From an uncultured Planctomycetia bacterium (GTDB taxonomy: Bacteria > Planctomycetota > Planctomycetia > Pirellulales > S012-138), in the NCBI GenBank assembly GCA_963809785.1, contig CAWEKV010000001.1:3464408-3528407 (forward strand): a DNA stretch of 64,000 nucleotides, read 5' to 3'. The notes below the pieces were generated by a model. That model saw only the letters and a list, made by a program, of their open reading frames with translations. It was not told where the DNA came from and searched no databases. Every line of letters begins with the position of its first letter. Within the stretch, counting starts at the first letter, position 1. The position numbers and the translations under genes were made by a program. Shown piece after piece: positions 43,897 through 55,841 of this stretch.

Positions 43897-44006
43897 CTTG
43901 GAGTGCGGCGACTCGTCGCCGCTTTGGGATTCTGGCATAACGCGTGTACGACCTCGGCCCTATCAGCTCCAAAAACCTAAAGCGGCGACGAGTCGCCGCA
44001 CTCCAG
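43897..44006. repeat. Second copy of the nested inverted repeat with core gcggcgactcgtcgccgc
   Basis: cttggagtgcggcgactcgtcgccgctttgggattctgg (left arm) against ccaaaaacctaaagcggcgacgagtcgccgcactccag (right arm). Confidence 0.9.
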
Positions 44007-44059
44007 ATGTCTATTTGAAGCGCCCAGCTTCGTATTTGCAGAACCTCGCGCAGCCCGGC

Positions 44060-45518
44060 TCACTTGGGATTGGTCGTCAGCTCGCCGACGAGCTTCTTGT
44101 CCTTCAGGCTCCACACGCGAACGGCTTGCCGGTGAAGTCGCCGACGAAGACGCGCTCGCCGTCGTGCGAGAGGACGACGCGCGACGGCACGTCGGCGAAG
44201 CCGTCCAGCCGGACGAGCTGGTTGCCGTCGGCTCTCCAGACGCGGGCCGTGTTGTCGCGGCCGCAGGTGACGAGCAGGCCGTTGCGGGCGTACTGCACCG
44301 ACAGGACGCCCGGCAGCCTGGTGCGCGGGTTGGCCGGGCGAGCCGCGGCGCCCGTCGGCCTGGGCGTTGATCGACCGCGTGGGGAAGCCGTCCTCGGCGT
44401 ACCAGAGGATGACGCGGCCGTCCTCGCTCGACGGAGGCCAGCATCTGCGAGTCGGCCCGCCAGCTCAGGTCGGTGACCGCGTCCTTGTGGTCGCCGAGCG
44501 TGAACACGATGCCGCCCGGTCTCGGCCTCCCAGACGTACGCCCCGCCGTTGCGGTCGCCGGTGGCCAGCAGCTGCGCCGTCCGGGCTGAACTCCATCGCC
44601 GTCACCCAGTCGGTGTGCTTCTTGATCTTGTGCCGCAGCTCGCCCGTCGCGGTGTCGTAGACCTTGACCAGCTTGCCGGGCCCGCCGAGGGCGACGAGCT
44701 TGTGGTCCGGGCTGACGTCGGCGGCCAGCACGCATGTCGGCCTCGTCGCCGATCTCGGTGACGCCGCTTGCCGGTCGTCACGTCCCAGAGCACGACGCGG
44801 CCCGGCCGACGCCCCGCGGCCGCCGGCGGCCAGCAGCCACTTGCCGTTGCGGCTGAACTTCAGGACGTGCGGGATGCGCTCGGGGAACGGCAGCGTGCCG
44901 AGCAGCTTCAGCGTGTCGGTGTTGTAGAGCAGGACGCGCTCGTGCCCGGCGACGGCCAGCAGCGGCGCCCACGGGCTGGCGGCCATCGCCGTGACCGGGT
45001 GCGGCCGCTCGGTCTTCGCGCAGCGACACGGCGGGCAGCTTCGCCGGCATCGGCGGCGGGCCGTCCGGCTTGCCGGCGGTGACCGCGACCGGGTCGATGT
45101 CGACCTTGCGGGCGGCGGCCTTGGCGGCGCCGACCGCCGTCTCCGGCGCGCCCAGCTCGATCCACTTCTTGATGACCGCCAGGTCGGCGTCGGGGATCTT
45201 CGGCCCCTTGGGCGGCATGTTCGGCTCGGCCTGGTGGGCCGCCACGCGGTAGAGCAGGCTCTGGTCCGGGCTGCCCGGCTTGACCGCCTCGCCGCTGGCC
45301 GCCGCCGGCCATCAGCGTCTGGTACGTGGCGACGTTCAGGTCGGACGTCGCCTTGTCCGGCGTTGTGGCAGTTCAGGCAGTGCTTGCGCAGGATCGGCAG
45401 GACGTGGTCCTTGTAGGTGACCGCGGCGCCTTGGCGTCGGCCTTGCTGGGCGCTGGGCCAGCGCCGGGGCACGAGGCAGGAGCACGGCAGCGATGCGGAC
45501 GGTGTCGGCATCGAGCAT
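44060..45518 (-). pseudogene. Planctomycete cytochrome-c-domain + WD40 repeat protein; many frame changes
   Basis: VTYKDHVLPILRKHCLNCHNA (CxxCH), ..LLYRVAAHQAEPNMPPKGPKIPDADLAVIKKWIELGAP, then WD40 blades (..VTAMAASPWAPLLAVAGHERVLLYN.., ..HTDWVTAMEFSPDG.., ..QYARNGLLVTCGRDNTARVWRADGNQLV..). My reconstructed end is ..VWSLKDKKLVGELTTNPK*. Confidence 0.7.
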
Positions 45519-45627
45519 CGGAGTCGATTCGAGCGATCGCGGCTCGCAGGCGAGTGCCGAGTCGTTCGGAGTCGCGAGCTCTCGCTGCAAGCGTCGCGCC
45601 TGCGCAGCTCGGCTCGACTCGTCGCGG

Positions 45628-48300
45628 TCAATGGTTGAACGTGAACTCGGTGGAGTTGAACAGGCCCCACAGGATGTCGCCGTAGACCATCTGCGCGGCG
45701 TTCGCCTCGGTAGCGCTGCGCGGATCGCGGCCAGCTGCTGCTCCAGGGTCTTGATCTGCTTCTCCAGCGTGCGGGCCGCGTCCTTGCCGTCCTTCGGCAG
45801 CTTGCTCAGGTCCGTCCTTCAGCTTGCTTGAGCCGCTCCTCGCCGCGGCGTGTAGTTCGGGTCCAGCCGGGCCTGCAGCGCCGGCCAGCTGCTCGACGCG
45901 CTCGGGGTCGCTCGTCTCGCGGCGGACGATCGTCGACGAGCTTCTTCACCTCGCCGGCCGTCGGCTTGCGGCAGAGCGTCCGCACGTACAGCTCCTCGAT
46001 GATCTCCTCGGGCGACTTCTTCTCGGCCAGCAGCGCCGGCGATCAGCTTGCTCTGGGCGATCTTCTGCGTGATCGTGTCGCCGTTGACCAGGTGCAGCGC
46101 CTGCGACAGGTTGGCCTCGCGGTTCACCTCGCACGAGCAGGCCGTCTCGCGCGGGGCCCGGCCGAACGTCGTCAGGAAGTAGGTCGAGACCTCGCCGGTG
46201 TGGATCTGCACCGCCCGCGTGCCCGGCGGCGACTGCGGGAAGCGGTCCTCGGTGCCGGTGACCCGCGTGATCGTGTCCAGCAGCACCTCGGCCCGCAGCC
46301 GGCGGACGTAGCCGTGCGAGAAGTACGCCTCGTCCAGCTCGTTCGTCGGGTTGGTCGCCGCGGAGAGCTGGTACGTCCGCGAGTTGCAGATGTCGCGGAT
46401 CAGCTTCTTCTTGTCGAAGCCGTAGCCGGCCAGCTTCTTGCCGAGCTCTTCGAGCAGCTCCTTGTTGCTCGGCGGGTTGCTGATGCGCACGTCGTCCACC
46501 GGCTCGACGATGCCGCGGCCGAAGAAGTGCGACCAGATGATGTTCGCCATCGTCTGCGCGAAGGCGGCGTTGTCCGGCGACGTCAGCCACGCGGCCAGCG
46601 CCTTGCGCGGGTCCTTGCCCTCGACCTCCGGGGCGTCGCCGCCGAGGAACTTCGGCTTCATCCGCCGGCCGTCCACCGGGTGGGCGACCGTGTTGGCGGC
46701 GTTGTTGTTGGCGACCAGCACCTCGCGGCCCTCGACGCCGCGCTTCAGGTTCACGCCGGCGAAGAAGGCGGCGAACCCGTAGTAGTCGTCCATCGTCCAG
46801 CGGTCGAACGGGTGGTTGTGGCACTGGGCGCACTGGATGCGCGTGCCGAGGAACACCTGGGCGATGTCCTCGGCCGTCTTCTGCGGGCGTGAGCCGCTCG
46901 CGTCGCGGTGTACAGGTTCGCCGGCGGCGACTTGAAGTTGCTGCCCGTGCCGACGAGCAGGTCGGCGACGAACTCGTTGAGCGGCCGGTTCTGCGGCCAT
47001 CTGCTCCTTGACCCAGGCGGCGTAGGAGAACATCGCCTTGGCGTCGCGGCCGTACTGCGGCACCTGGTTGTACGCCCGGATGCGGAGCAGCTCGCCCCAC
47101 TTCATCGTCCACATGTCCACGAACTCGGGCCGGTCGAGCAGCGCGTCGATCAGCTTCGCCCGCTTCTTCGGGTCCTTGTCGGCCAGGAAGCGGTCGTACT
47201 CCTCGCGCGTCGGCGGCAGGCCGATCAGGTCGAGGTAGACGCGGCGCAGGAACGCCTCGTCCGAGCACAGCTCCGACGGGGCCATGTGCAGCTTCTTGAG
47301 CTTGTCGAAGACGAGCGTGTCGATGTAGTTGTGCTTCCGGCGTGTTCGGCCAGGCGAACTTGTCGTCGGTCGGCAGGACGATGACCTCGGAGCCGACGGT
47401 GAACTTGCTGAACCGGGCGAAGACGAACGCCCCGCCGCGGCCGCCGCCCTTGACGACGCCGTCCTTGTCGATGGCCGCGATCGCCTCGTTGTTGGTCATG
47501 TACAGCGCCAGCCGGGTCACGTCGCGGACCGAGCCGTCGGAGTACTTCGCCAGCACGACGGTCTTCTGCGTGCCGGCCCTTGCCGGCGAACACGACCTTG
47601 GACGGCAGCAGCTCGACGCCGACCGGCTCGGGCGTGTCGCCGCCGTCGTCCGGGGCGCCGGCCTTGCAGCCAGCGCAGCAGCGTCTGGTAGTCGTCGTGG
47701 TCGGTGTCGAAGAGCTTGCCGCCGGTGTGCGGCACGGCGCCGGTGACCTTCTCCAGCATCAGGCTCTTTTCGGGCACCGCCAGGTCGACGCGCCGGCCGA
47801 CGATCTGCCGGGTGAGGCGGTAGTAGTCGCCGGCCGGGTCGTAGCCGAACAGCGACAGCATGAAGCCGTCCTTGCCGCGGGCCGCCCCGTGGCAGCTGCC
47901 GTTGTTGCAGCCGTGCTTCATGAACATCGGCATCACGTCGAGCCGGAAGCTGACCGGCCGCGACTTGCGCCGCGTCCTTCACGACGACCGGCACTTCGGC
48001 CTTCAGGCCGCCGTGCTCGACGACCAGCGTCGTGCGTGCCGTCCCTCGCGGGGCGAGCGTCTGGCCGGTGAGCGCCGCCAGCGTCGGATCGGCCAGCCGC
48101 AGCTTCGCCGTCGGCGGTGACGTCGCTCGTCACGCCCTGGGCGTCGACGACCTGGACGACGACGCTCTGGCGGTCGTCCTGGCCGCGCAGCTCGACTGCG
48201 GCGGGGAAGACCTTCAGGCGCGGCCGGCGGCGTCCGCCCGGGCGGCGAGCGGCGAGGAGCAGCCGCAGACAGAGGTACGAGATCGCAGAACGCCTCGGTT
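45628..48300 (-). pseudogene. PSCyt2 + Ig-like (BIG2) + DUF1549 + DUF1553 family protein; many frame changes; 5' end approximate
   Basis: [21 protein letters not shown], ..[36 protein letters not shown].. (BIG2), FLRRVYLDLIGLPPTREEYDRFL..MWTMKWGELLRIR (DUF1549), TRIQCAQCHNHPFDRWTMDDYYGFAAFF..IRDICNSRTYQLS..RETACSCE (DUF1553). End ..DILWGLFNSTEFTFNH*. Confidence 0.8.
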
Positions 48301-48373
48301 ATCGTCAGCCGGCCACTCGCGAGCGGGATGCGGAGCGACTCGCGACGCTCAGCGATCTGAGCTCGCAGTCGCC

Positions 48374-51007
48374 TTACGGTCTCGTTTCGCGACCTGGTCG
48401 ACTTGCTTCTGCATTTCGTGGCCCGCGTTCCCGGCGATCGACGCGCAGCATGCCGTAGCCGCTCAGCTGCCGCACCGACTGGCCGTTGTCGATCACGGTC
48501 AGGTCCAGGACGACCCCCTGGTAGTTGCCGACCAGGCGTCTTCGGCGTGGCCCGCAGCGTGAAGCGTCACTTCCTTGTCGGCCGCGGTGATCTCGCGCGT
48601 CGGCTCGACCAGTTCGACGCCGCGCGGCAGGCGGGCCAGCGTCGCCTTCGCCTTGCCCGTCGAACGGCTGCAGGTGGTTGAGCTTGCACACCAGCGTCGC
48701 CGTCTTGCCGCGCTCGATCGACGTGCGGGCGATGCGGGCCTCGACGTGCGGCTCGGCCACGGTCAGCTGGAACGGCTGCGACGGCGACGTAGGTGCGGCT
48801 CTCGCCGTCGTTGTAGCCGCGCCGGCTCGCCGCCGCTCATGGCGGTCAGCGTGACCTGGTGGGCGCCGGCCGACGGCGTTGCGGGCCGCCCCGAGCAGGT
48901 ATGTCCCCTCGGTCTGGCCGGCGCGGACGGTGACCGGCGTCGCGGTGTTGACGCCGGTCGGCCTCCACTCCATCTGCACGGTCACCGGGCCGTCGAAGCC
49001 CTTGTCGCGGCGGACCTTGAACTTGAGGGCCATCTCGCCGTTCTGCACCAGGGCCGACTTCGGCTCCTCGACCTCGACGCGGAACGGGGCCGGCTCGGTC
49101 ACCGCCAGGGCCAGCTTGTCGACCGACGTGTGCAGGTAGTAGTCGTTGTTGCCGTAGGCGTTCATCAGGACGATCTGGCGGTAGCCGCTCGACGAGCGGC
49201 GCCTTGCCGCCGACCGGCCGGACGACCAGGTCGATCAGCGCCGCCTGCGGCTTCGCGTCCGCGGCGGCCTCGAACACGACCGGCACGCGCGTCATGCCCG
49301 GCGTCAGCTTCGGGGCGTGCAGCGTCACCCCCTCGGGCAGGTTCACGCGCGACCAGCTCCAGCTCGCCGTTGAACGGCCGGTTGGTGCTGAAGATCGCGA
49401 CCTGGACCGTTGTAGCGGTTCCCCGCCGCGACCGCGATCGCCTGCCGGAGCTGCGGCGTGAACTGGTTCTCCGGCTCCGGCGGCGATGTAGGTGTAGACG
49501 GCGTTCTCTTCCGGCCGGACCTCGACGCGGTAGACGTAGTCGCTGCCGCCCTCGCCGCGCTCGTCCTCGACGCCCAGCACGTACTCGCCGTCGGCCGGGG
49601 CGGTGAATTCGAGGACCGGGTCGAGCGTGTCGCGGTTGAGGCCGCCGGCCGGCGGCAAGCCCGAGCTGGTTCGGCCGCGAGTCGGTGGCCCGGACCGTGG
49701 CGGCGGCGTCCTTGCCGCCGACCGGCCTGACCCAGATCGACCGGATCGAGCGGCGAGCCCGAGGGCGTTGGCCAGGGCGTGGAATCGTGAACTGCTCGCC
49801 CTTCTTCGCCCGGAAGCGGAAGCAATCGACGTCGCCGGGCTTGCTCGATGATGCCGTTGAACGCGACCGGCAGGTCGGCGGCAGCGGCCGACGGCAGAGC
49901 GCTCGGGCGTGTCGTTCGGCTCGGCTTCGAGCACGTTCGGGAACGGCGACACGCGCAGCCGGTTCGGCGACGGGGCGGGCACGCCGTCGTCGGATCGACG
50001 GCGACGAACGGGAAGTCGCCCGGCGGTCCGCGGGCAGGCGGACGCGTCTGCGTCCCAGGCGCCGCGCGGGTCGCCGAGGACTCGGACCTTCAGCTTCGCT
50101 GCCGGCCTGGCCGCCGGCCGGGTAGATGGCCGGTCGGCCGGGCGAACGTGCCGACGTGCAGCCGGTACGTCTCGCCGGCGCCGTTGTACATGCTGTGCCG
50201 GACCTCGACGAAGTACGCCCCGTCGCGCTCGGCCAGGACCGACAGGACCGGGTCCTGCACGAACAGGGCCGAGTCGTCGGCGGCGGCGAGCTTCTTGCCG
50301 TCGGCGTCGTAGATCGCCAGGTGCAGGTCGGGGATGCCGCGATCGACGCCCAGCCGGGCGGCCTCGATCTCGGCCGAGACGCGCTGGCCGCGCTTCACCT
50401 CGATCCGGTACAGATCGACGTCGGTCGGATCGTTCAGCCGGCCGAGGACGGTGCTGTTGAGCGGGCACGGCCTTCGCGGTCTCGCGCTTGTCGTTGCGCT
50501 TCTGCGGCGGCTGCTCGTTCTCGTCCACGGTCGGGAACGGGCCGACGAAGAACCGCTGATACTCGGTCAGCGCCGCCGGCGGTGCGCAGCCGCAGGCCGT
50601 GCGGCGCCGAGCGGGCAGTCGTCGGCCAGCTTCAGCCGGACGCGGACGCGGGTGCCCGGCTCGACCGGCTGCTGGCGGCCGTTGGGCCCGACCTCGCCGG
50701 TCTCGACCGGCTCGATGGATTCGACGCGTGATGCCCGGCTCGTAGAACAGGACCTCCCGCGGCTCGTCGAGGTAGCGGCCGGTGAAGTCGACCTCGACCG
50801 TCGTGCCCGCGCTGCCCGCCGGGCGGCGTGAGCCGCGCCAGCCGCGGCGTGCCGGCCTGAGGCAGTGAACCACAGAGGCACAGACGCAACGCAGGCGGCA
50901 AAGAGGAAAGCACGTGAGCACTGCTCCGAGGAACGAGATCCGGCTGCGATGGCACGCTCTGGCATGGATGCGATGCTCGCATCGCTTGCGTCGTTCCCCG
51001 TGCTCAT
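48374..51007 (-). pseudogene. Large secreted protein with pre-peptidase-C-terminal-like and Ig-like repeats; many frame changes; start approximate
   Basis: Signal-like AFLFAACVASVPLWFTASG; ..LYRIEVKRGQRVSAEIEAARLGVDRGIPDLHLAIYDADGKKLAAADDSALFVQDP..YFVEVRHSMYNGAGETYRLHVGTF (PPC-like), ..GEYVLGVEDERGEGGSDYVYRVEV.., ..PFRVEVEEPKSALVQNGEMALKFKVRRDKGFDGPVTVQMEW... Read from minus ORFs 50090-, 48846- and 48374-. Confidence 0.55.
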
Positions 51008-51035
51008 CCGTGTCTCTGTGGTTCACCCTGCGTTC

Positions 51036-52387
51036 TCAACCAAGCAGGTCCTTGACCACCTCGCCGCCGTCGATGATCTCGATCGGCCGGCCGCCGGGGG
51101 CCATCAGCTCCTTGTCGGCGTTGATGCCGAGCTGGTGGTAGACGGTGGTCAGCACGTCCTCGACGCGGACCGGGTTCTCTTCCGGCTCGCTGGCGGTCGA
51201 GTTGGACGAGCCGTAGACGAGGCCCTGCTTGAAGCCGCCGCCGGCCACGGCCAGCGAGAACACGCGCGGGAAGTGGTCGCGGCCGGCCGAGGCGTTGATC
51301 TTCGGCGTGCGGCCGAACTCGCTGGTCACCAGCACGATCGTCGAGTCGAGCAGGCCGCGGTCGTCCAGGTCGCGGACCAGGCCGGCCAGGGCCTGAGTCG
51401 AGGCCCGGGGCCTGCCGCCGCATCGCGTTCTCGATGCCCGCGTGCATGTCCCAGCCGCCGTAGCTGACGGTGACGAACCGCACGCCCGCCTCGACCAGCC
51501 GGCGGGCCAGCAGGAACCGCGGGCCGGCCTCGGACGGGCCGTACTTCTCGCGGGTCGCGGCCGACTCCTTGTTGATGTCGAACGCCTCGCGGGCGGCCGG
51601 CGAGCTGATCATCGCGTAGGCCCGCTGGTAGAACTCGTCCATCGCCCCGAGGGCCTCGGCCTTGCTCGGCCTGCTTGCGGAAGTGGTCGTCCACGACGCC
51701 GCGAATCTCGCGGCGGGTGGCTGAACCGGCGGTCGTCGACGCCCGGCGGCAGCATCAGGTCGCGGACCTGGTAGTTCGCCGCGGCCCGGGTCGCTGCCGA
51801 TGCCGAACGGGCCGAACTGCGAGCCGAGGTAGCCGGTGCCGCCGTACTCGGTGGCGTTGGGGACGGCGACGTAGGGCGGCAGGTCCTTCCGCGGGCCGAA
51901 CTCGTGCGACACCACCGCGCCCGAGGCTGGGGTGCTCGATGGCCGGGCTCTTGCGGTAGCCGGTGTACATCGTGTAGGTGGCCCGGCCGTGGTCCGCTTC
52001 CTTGCCGGCGATCGAGCGGATGACCGTCAGCTTGTCGGCGACCTGGGCGAGCTGCCGGAAGTTCTCGTTGAAGACGACGCCGGGCAGCTTCGTCTTGGCG
52101 ACGCCGAACGGGCCGCGGTACTCCAGCGGGGCGTCGGGCTTCGGGTCCCACGATTCCTGGTGGGCCATGCCGCCGGGCAGGACGATCTGGATGACGCTCT
52201 TGGCCGGCGCCTTCCTTGCTCTCGTAGTTCTTCTGGTCGGCCCGGGCCTGCATGCGTGAGGAAGTCGCCCAGGGTCAGGCCGAGGGCCCCGACCACGCCG
52301 ACGCGGAGGAACTCGCGGCGGCCGGGCTTGCGGAAGTGGGCCGGGATCGTCGTTCCAGGTCACGACGTCTTTGGCGGTGGAGGTCAT
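51036..52387 (-). pseudogene. DUF1501 family protein; several frame changes
   Basis: From ATG 52387. [40 protein letters not shown] (ORF 51755-), [12 protein letters not shown] (ORF 51004-), [42 protein letters not shown] (ORF 51036-51335). Confidence 0.8.
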
Positions 52388-52956
52388 GGGGCGTCGGAAG
52401 TCTCGGGGAAGAGGGTCGGGCATGGATTCGAGGGCGGCAAGGCGCGGCACGCGCGTCGGCATCAGAGGCTCATACTCCAGCGTTGGCTCCCGGCGGCCGC
52501 AAGGTGGGGTCCGACTCGCGAGGCCGTGGATCAGCCTGAGTCGGGCGGCTGGGCCCAATTCGCTGCCCAGCAACCTAACATGAACGCCTGGAAGAGACAA
52601 CAAATTGCCGCGAATCTGCGTCGTCGGAACCCGCGGGGCGATTGCGCCGTCTCAAAGGCAGCGGCGACCTGCAAACGGGAGGACCCGCGCATGGCGGTCA
52701 AACCCCCTGGTCAGCGAGGCACGTGCTAGTCTGGAGGAGCGGTGGGCCTCAGTGCCTCCCAATCTGTGGCATCAAGCCGTTGTACAAGGCGTCGTGGTGC
52801 AAGCCGCCCTTCCGGCAGTGGCTCCGAACCGGGACTGGGTGGTTGTGTCCTTGCACACGGCGAAGTGGCACGAGCTGATTGAGGAACGGCCAGATACGAC
52901 CGATGCCTCGCAGTTCGTCAGGCGAACGTACATCTGAGGAGCGAATTAGGCCGACC

Positions 52957-53684
52957 ATGACGACCGTGGTAACGCTCGTTCGGCGTCTCCACCAGCACCG
53001 AGCGTGGGTGAACGAGAACCTGCTCTCCGCCGCCGCGACCTTGAGCGACGAGCCATTGCGGCGGTTGTTCCCCATCGGCCAAGGCTCGATCTGGAAATCG
53101 CTGCTGCATTTGTATGCCGGCGAGTTCGTGTGGCTGGAGGCCCTGCTGGGCGACGACCACCCGCAGGCGCCGAGCGACCTGCCGGACCGTCTGCCGGGCA
53201 ACCAGTTGGGCGAAGGCGGCATCGCCTCGCTGGCCGAGCTTCGTCAAAAATGGGGCGACCTGGAGCGTCGCTGGCAGCGTTACCTCGGAGAATTGTCGGC
53301 AGAGTCGCTCGATGAGCCGGTTTACAAAGTCAGCACAAGCAGCGGTGCGGGCAGCGATTCGCAACCAAACGATACGACGTGCTGTTGCACGTTTGCACGC
53401 ACGCCCAATACACAACGGCACAGGTGGTCAACATGCTCAGGCACGTCGGCGTCGAGCAACTGCCCGAGACGATGTTGATCTCGCTGGCACGCCAGGAGAC
53501 CGTGCCGTCGCCACGCATCAGCGAAGGACCTGAAATGACCGCCATCAGTCACTTGACCTGGCCCGCGGCAAACTCATGGTCCAAGATGCTCATCGCTTGC
53601 CAGTGCCAATACTCGCCCCCGTCGCCGCCAACTCTGACAATGTTGCGCAGCAACCCCTCAGTGCGAAAACCAGCCGCCTCGTAG
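52957..53684 (+). CDS. DinB-family protein (one frame change near 53345; 3' end uncertain)
   Basis: MTTVVTLVRRLHQHRAWVNENLL..GQGSIWKSLLHLYAGEFVWLEAL. After the shift: RYDVLLHVCTHAQYTTAQVVNMLRHVGVEQLPETMLISLARQE. The open frame runs to 53684 and overlaps the convergent GNAT gene, so the true stop is probably earlier. Confidence 0.6.
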
Positions 53685-54100
53685 CAAGCGATCGCCGCCT
53701 TGTTAAAGTCGAACACCACCAGCTCGATGCGGTGCAGGCGCAGTTGCTCGAAGCCGAGCCGCAGAATCTTCCCTACCATCTGGGAGCCGACGCCTTGACC
53801 GCGCAGCGAGGGATCGACGATGACAGGCCCGACGTGGGCCGCATGGGTTTTGGGCCAGATGCGGCTGAAACCGATTTGACCGACGGGCCTCGCCGAGTCC
53901 GGATCGACGGCAACGAACTGCATTCGCTTCAGACCGCCGTCGAGCGCCTCGGTCAGAAAGAACCGAGCGAGCTGCGGTTCGTCGAGCGGAAAGTCGAAGT
54001 TCCAGGGACCGCTCCATTGAACCATCTCTTCGTAGCTGCCGACCCACGACAGGATCGGCCGGAGGTCCTCCGGCTGAATCGGCCTCAATTGAATTCTCAT
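53549..54100 (-). CDS. GNAT-family N-acetyltransferase
   Basis: From ATG 54100: MRIQLRPIQPEDL..VGPVIVDPSLRGQGVGSQMVGKILRLGFEQLRLHRIELVVFDFNKAAIACYEAAGF (Q/RxxGxG/A acetyl-CoA motif). Confidence 0.8.
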   Translation of the reverse strand: MRIQLRPIQPEDLRPILSWVGSYEEMVQWSGPWNFDFPLDEPQLARFFLTEALDGGLKRMQFVAVDPDSARPVGQIGFSRIWPKTHAAHVGPVIVDPSLRGQGVGSQMVGKILRLGFEQLRLHRIELVVFDFNKAAIACYEAAGFRTEGLLRNIVRVGGDGGEYWHWQAMSILDHEFAAGQVK

Positions 54101-54304
54101 GCCCAGCCACTCCACGATAGACTGGCACCCTAGGGATGCCGATAGATTGGGCCGTCTCAAACGGCCCGAAATCGGCGCTTGTGCGGGGCTTCTCGCCAGC
54201 CGTCCATGCTGCCGATCAAGACGATCTCGCGGCTGCGGGGTTCGCTCTATAGGAATTTTTCTAAAGAGATTGAGAGGCGGTGCGATGCAGCAAGGAGTAA
54301 CGGC

Positions 54305-55083
54305 ATGTCCCTAGTATCGGATACCGTCCGCCTCCGCCGCTGGGCGATTTCGTGGACCTGTTCTGGCTCGACGATCACCGTGCGCTCGACGCACCCCAAG
54401 GAACGGCTTCTGCCGCAGGCAACCGTCGAGTTGGTCATGGACCTTCGCGAGGAGGCAGGGGGGCGGTGGTTGCGGACCCCATTCGCGATCCTTTGTGATT
54501 GACACCAGCCAGCCGAAGTCGGTCGTCGGCGTGCATTTCAAGCCGGGCGGCGCGTTCCCGTTCCTGGGAGTGCCCGCCCGCGAGCTGCACAATGCCCATG
54601 TCTCGTTGGACGTGCTCTGGGGGCCACGCGCCGCCGAGCTTCGCGAAAGACTCTGTGAAGCGAAAGCCGCTCCGGCCAAGTTCCGCGTCCTGGAGCAGTC
54701 GCTGCTCGCCAGAGCGGGCTTTTCGCCACGCCCGGCATCCCGCGGTCGGCTTCGCCCTGCGGGCCTTCCGACCCGGGCCGGAGGCCCCCACCGTGGCTTG
54801 GGTGACCGACCGCCTCGGCCTGAATCGCGAGACGATTCATCGAGGTCTCTCGAACGAGGTGGGCCTGACCCCCAAGCTGTATTGCCGTGTGCTGCGGTTT
54901 CAGCAGGCACTGGGTCTGATTCACCGTTCGACGCCAATCGAGTGGACGGACGTCGCGGTGCCTGCGGCTATTACGACCAGGCGGCACTTGATTGGCGATT
55001 TCCGGGAGTTCTCCGGTCTCACTCCCTCAGCCTATGTCCGGCTTCGAAGCGAGCATCTCAACCACGTCCCGCTCGCGGATTGA
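54305..55083 (+). pseudogene. AraC-family transcriptional regulator; at least 3 frame changes
   Basis: C-terminal HTH: VAWVTDRLGLNRETIHRGLSNEVGLTPKLYCRVLRFQQAL...IGDFREFSGLTPSAY (ORF 54499-55083). The N-terminal sensor part is spread over ORFs 54179- and 54495-. The start is approximate. Confidence 0.65.
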
Positions 55084-55210
55084 GGCGACAAAGCTCAGTC
55101 TGCTCCGGCCGCTATCCGTGCCGACTGAGGTAAAATTCTTCCAAGACCGGCTGCCGCGCGCTCGTGATGATGGTGCAGTCAATCGAACTGCGCCTCAAGG
55201 TGTGCCAGCC

Positions 55211-55812
55211 ATGAACCTAACCAATCCCTGGAACCTCCTGTTCCTTGTCGGCTTTGTGGCCTACCTGGGCATTCGCGGCGTGTACGCCAGCGCATCAAGC
55301 ACGTCGAGAGAATTCACCGGCAAATCGACGGGCTGGAAAAGGTCCTGTTGGTTGTGGTGATCGGCGGCAGCACGCTTCTGCCGATGCTGTACCTGTTTAC
55401 GCCGTGGCTTGCCTTTGCCGATTACCGCCTGCCGGCCGTCGCCCCGTGGTGCGGAATAGGCGTGATGCTCGTGGCACTCTGGCTGTTTTGGCGCTCTCAC
55501 GCCGATTTGGGACAGAACTGGTCCGTAAGCCTGGAGGTGTGTAAAGAGCACCAACTTGTTACCCACGGCGTCTATCGATCGATCCGCCACCCCATGTACG
55601 CGTCGATCTGGTTGTTTAGCATTGCCCAAGTGCTGCTGCTGCCCAACTGGCTGGCCGGCTGGTCCGCCTTGGTCCCGTTCGCGTTCATGTACTTTCTGCG
55701 CACGCTGCGCGAGGAGCGGATGATGCGTCAGTTCTTCGGCGAAGAATACGTGGATTATATGGCGCGGACCGGCCGTTTGTTTCCGCGCTTGACCGGCAAG
55801 AGAGGCAGTTAG
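55211..55812 (+). CDS. Isoprenylcysteine carboxyl methyltransferase (ICMT)/phospholipid methyltransferase-family membrane protein (frame change near 55290-55340)
   Basis: MNLTNPWNLLFLVGFVAYLGIRGVYA..; ORF 55348-55812: LVTHGVYRSIRHPMYASIWLFSIAQVLLL..REERMMRQFFGEEYVDYMARTGRLFP. Confidence 0.7.
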
Positions 55813-55841
55813 GCCGAGGCGGAGGGTGAACGCACTTCTCT

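Noticed and set aside
52605-53222. Overlapping ORFs upstream of the DinB gene: plus 52605-52937 (..NRDWVVVSLHTAKWHELIEERPDTTDASQFVRRTYI*) and minus 52749-53222 (..WPFLNQLVPLRRVQGHNHPVPVRSHCRKGGLHHDALYNGLMPQIGRH*).
   Set aside because: Both have plausible third-position GC bias over the same ~180 nt, so I cannot tell which, if either, is real. Neither has a recognisable family, a start-site context or a partner. The minus ORF further upstream is merely antisense to dinB.
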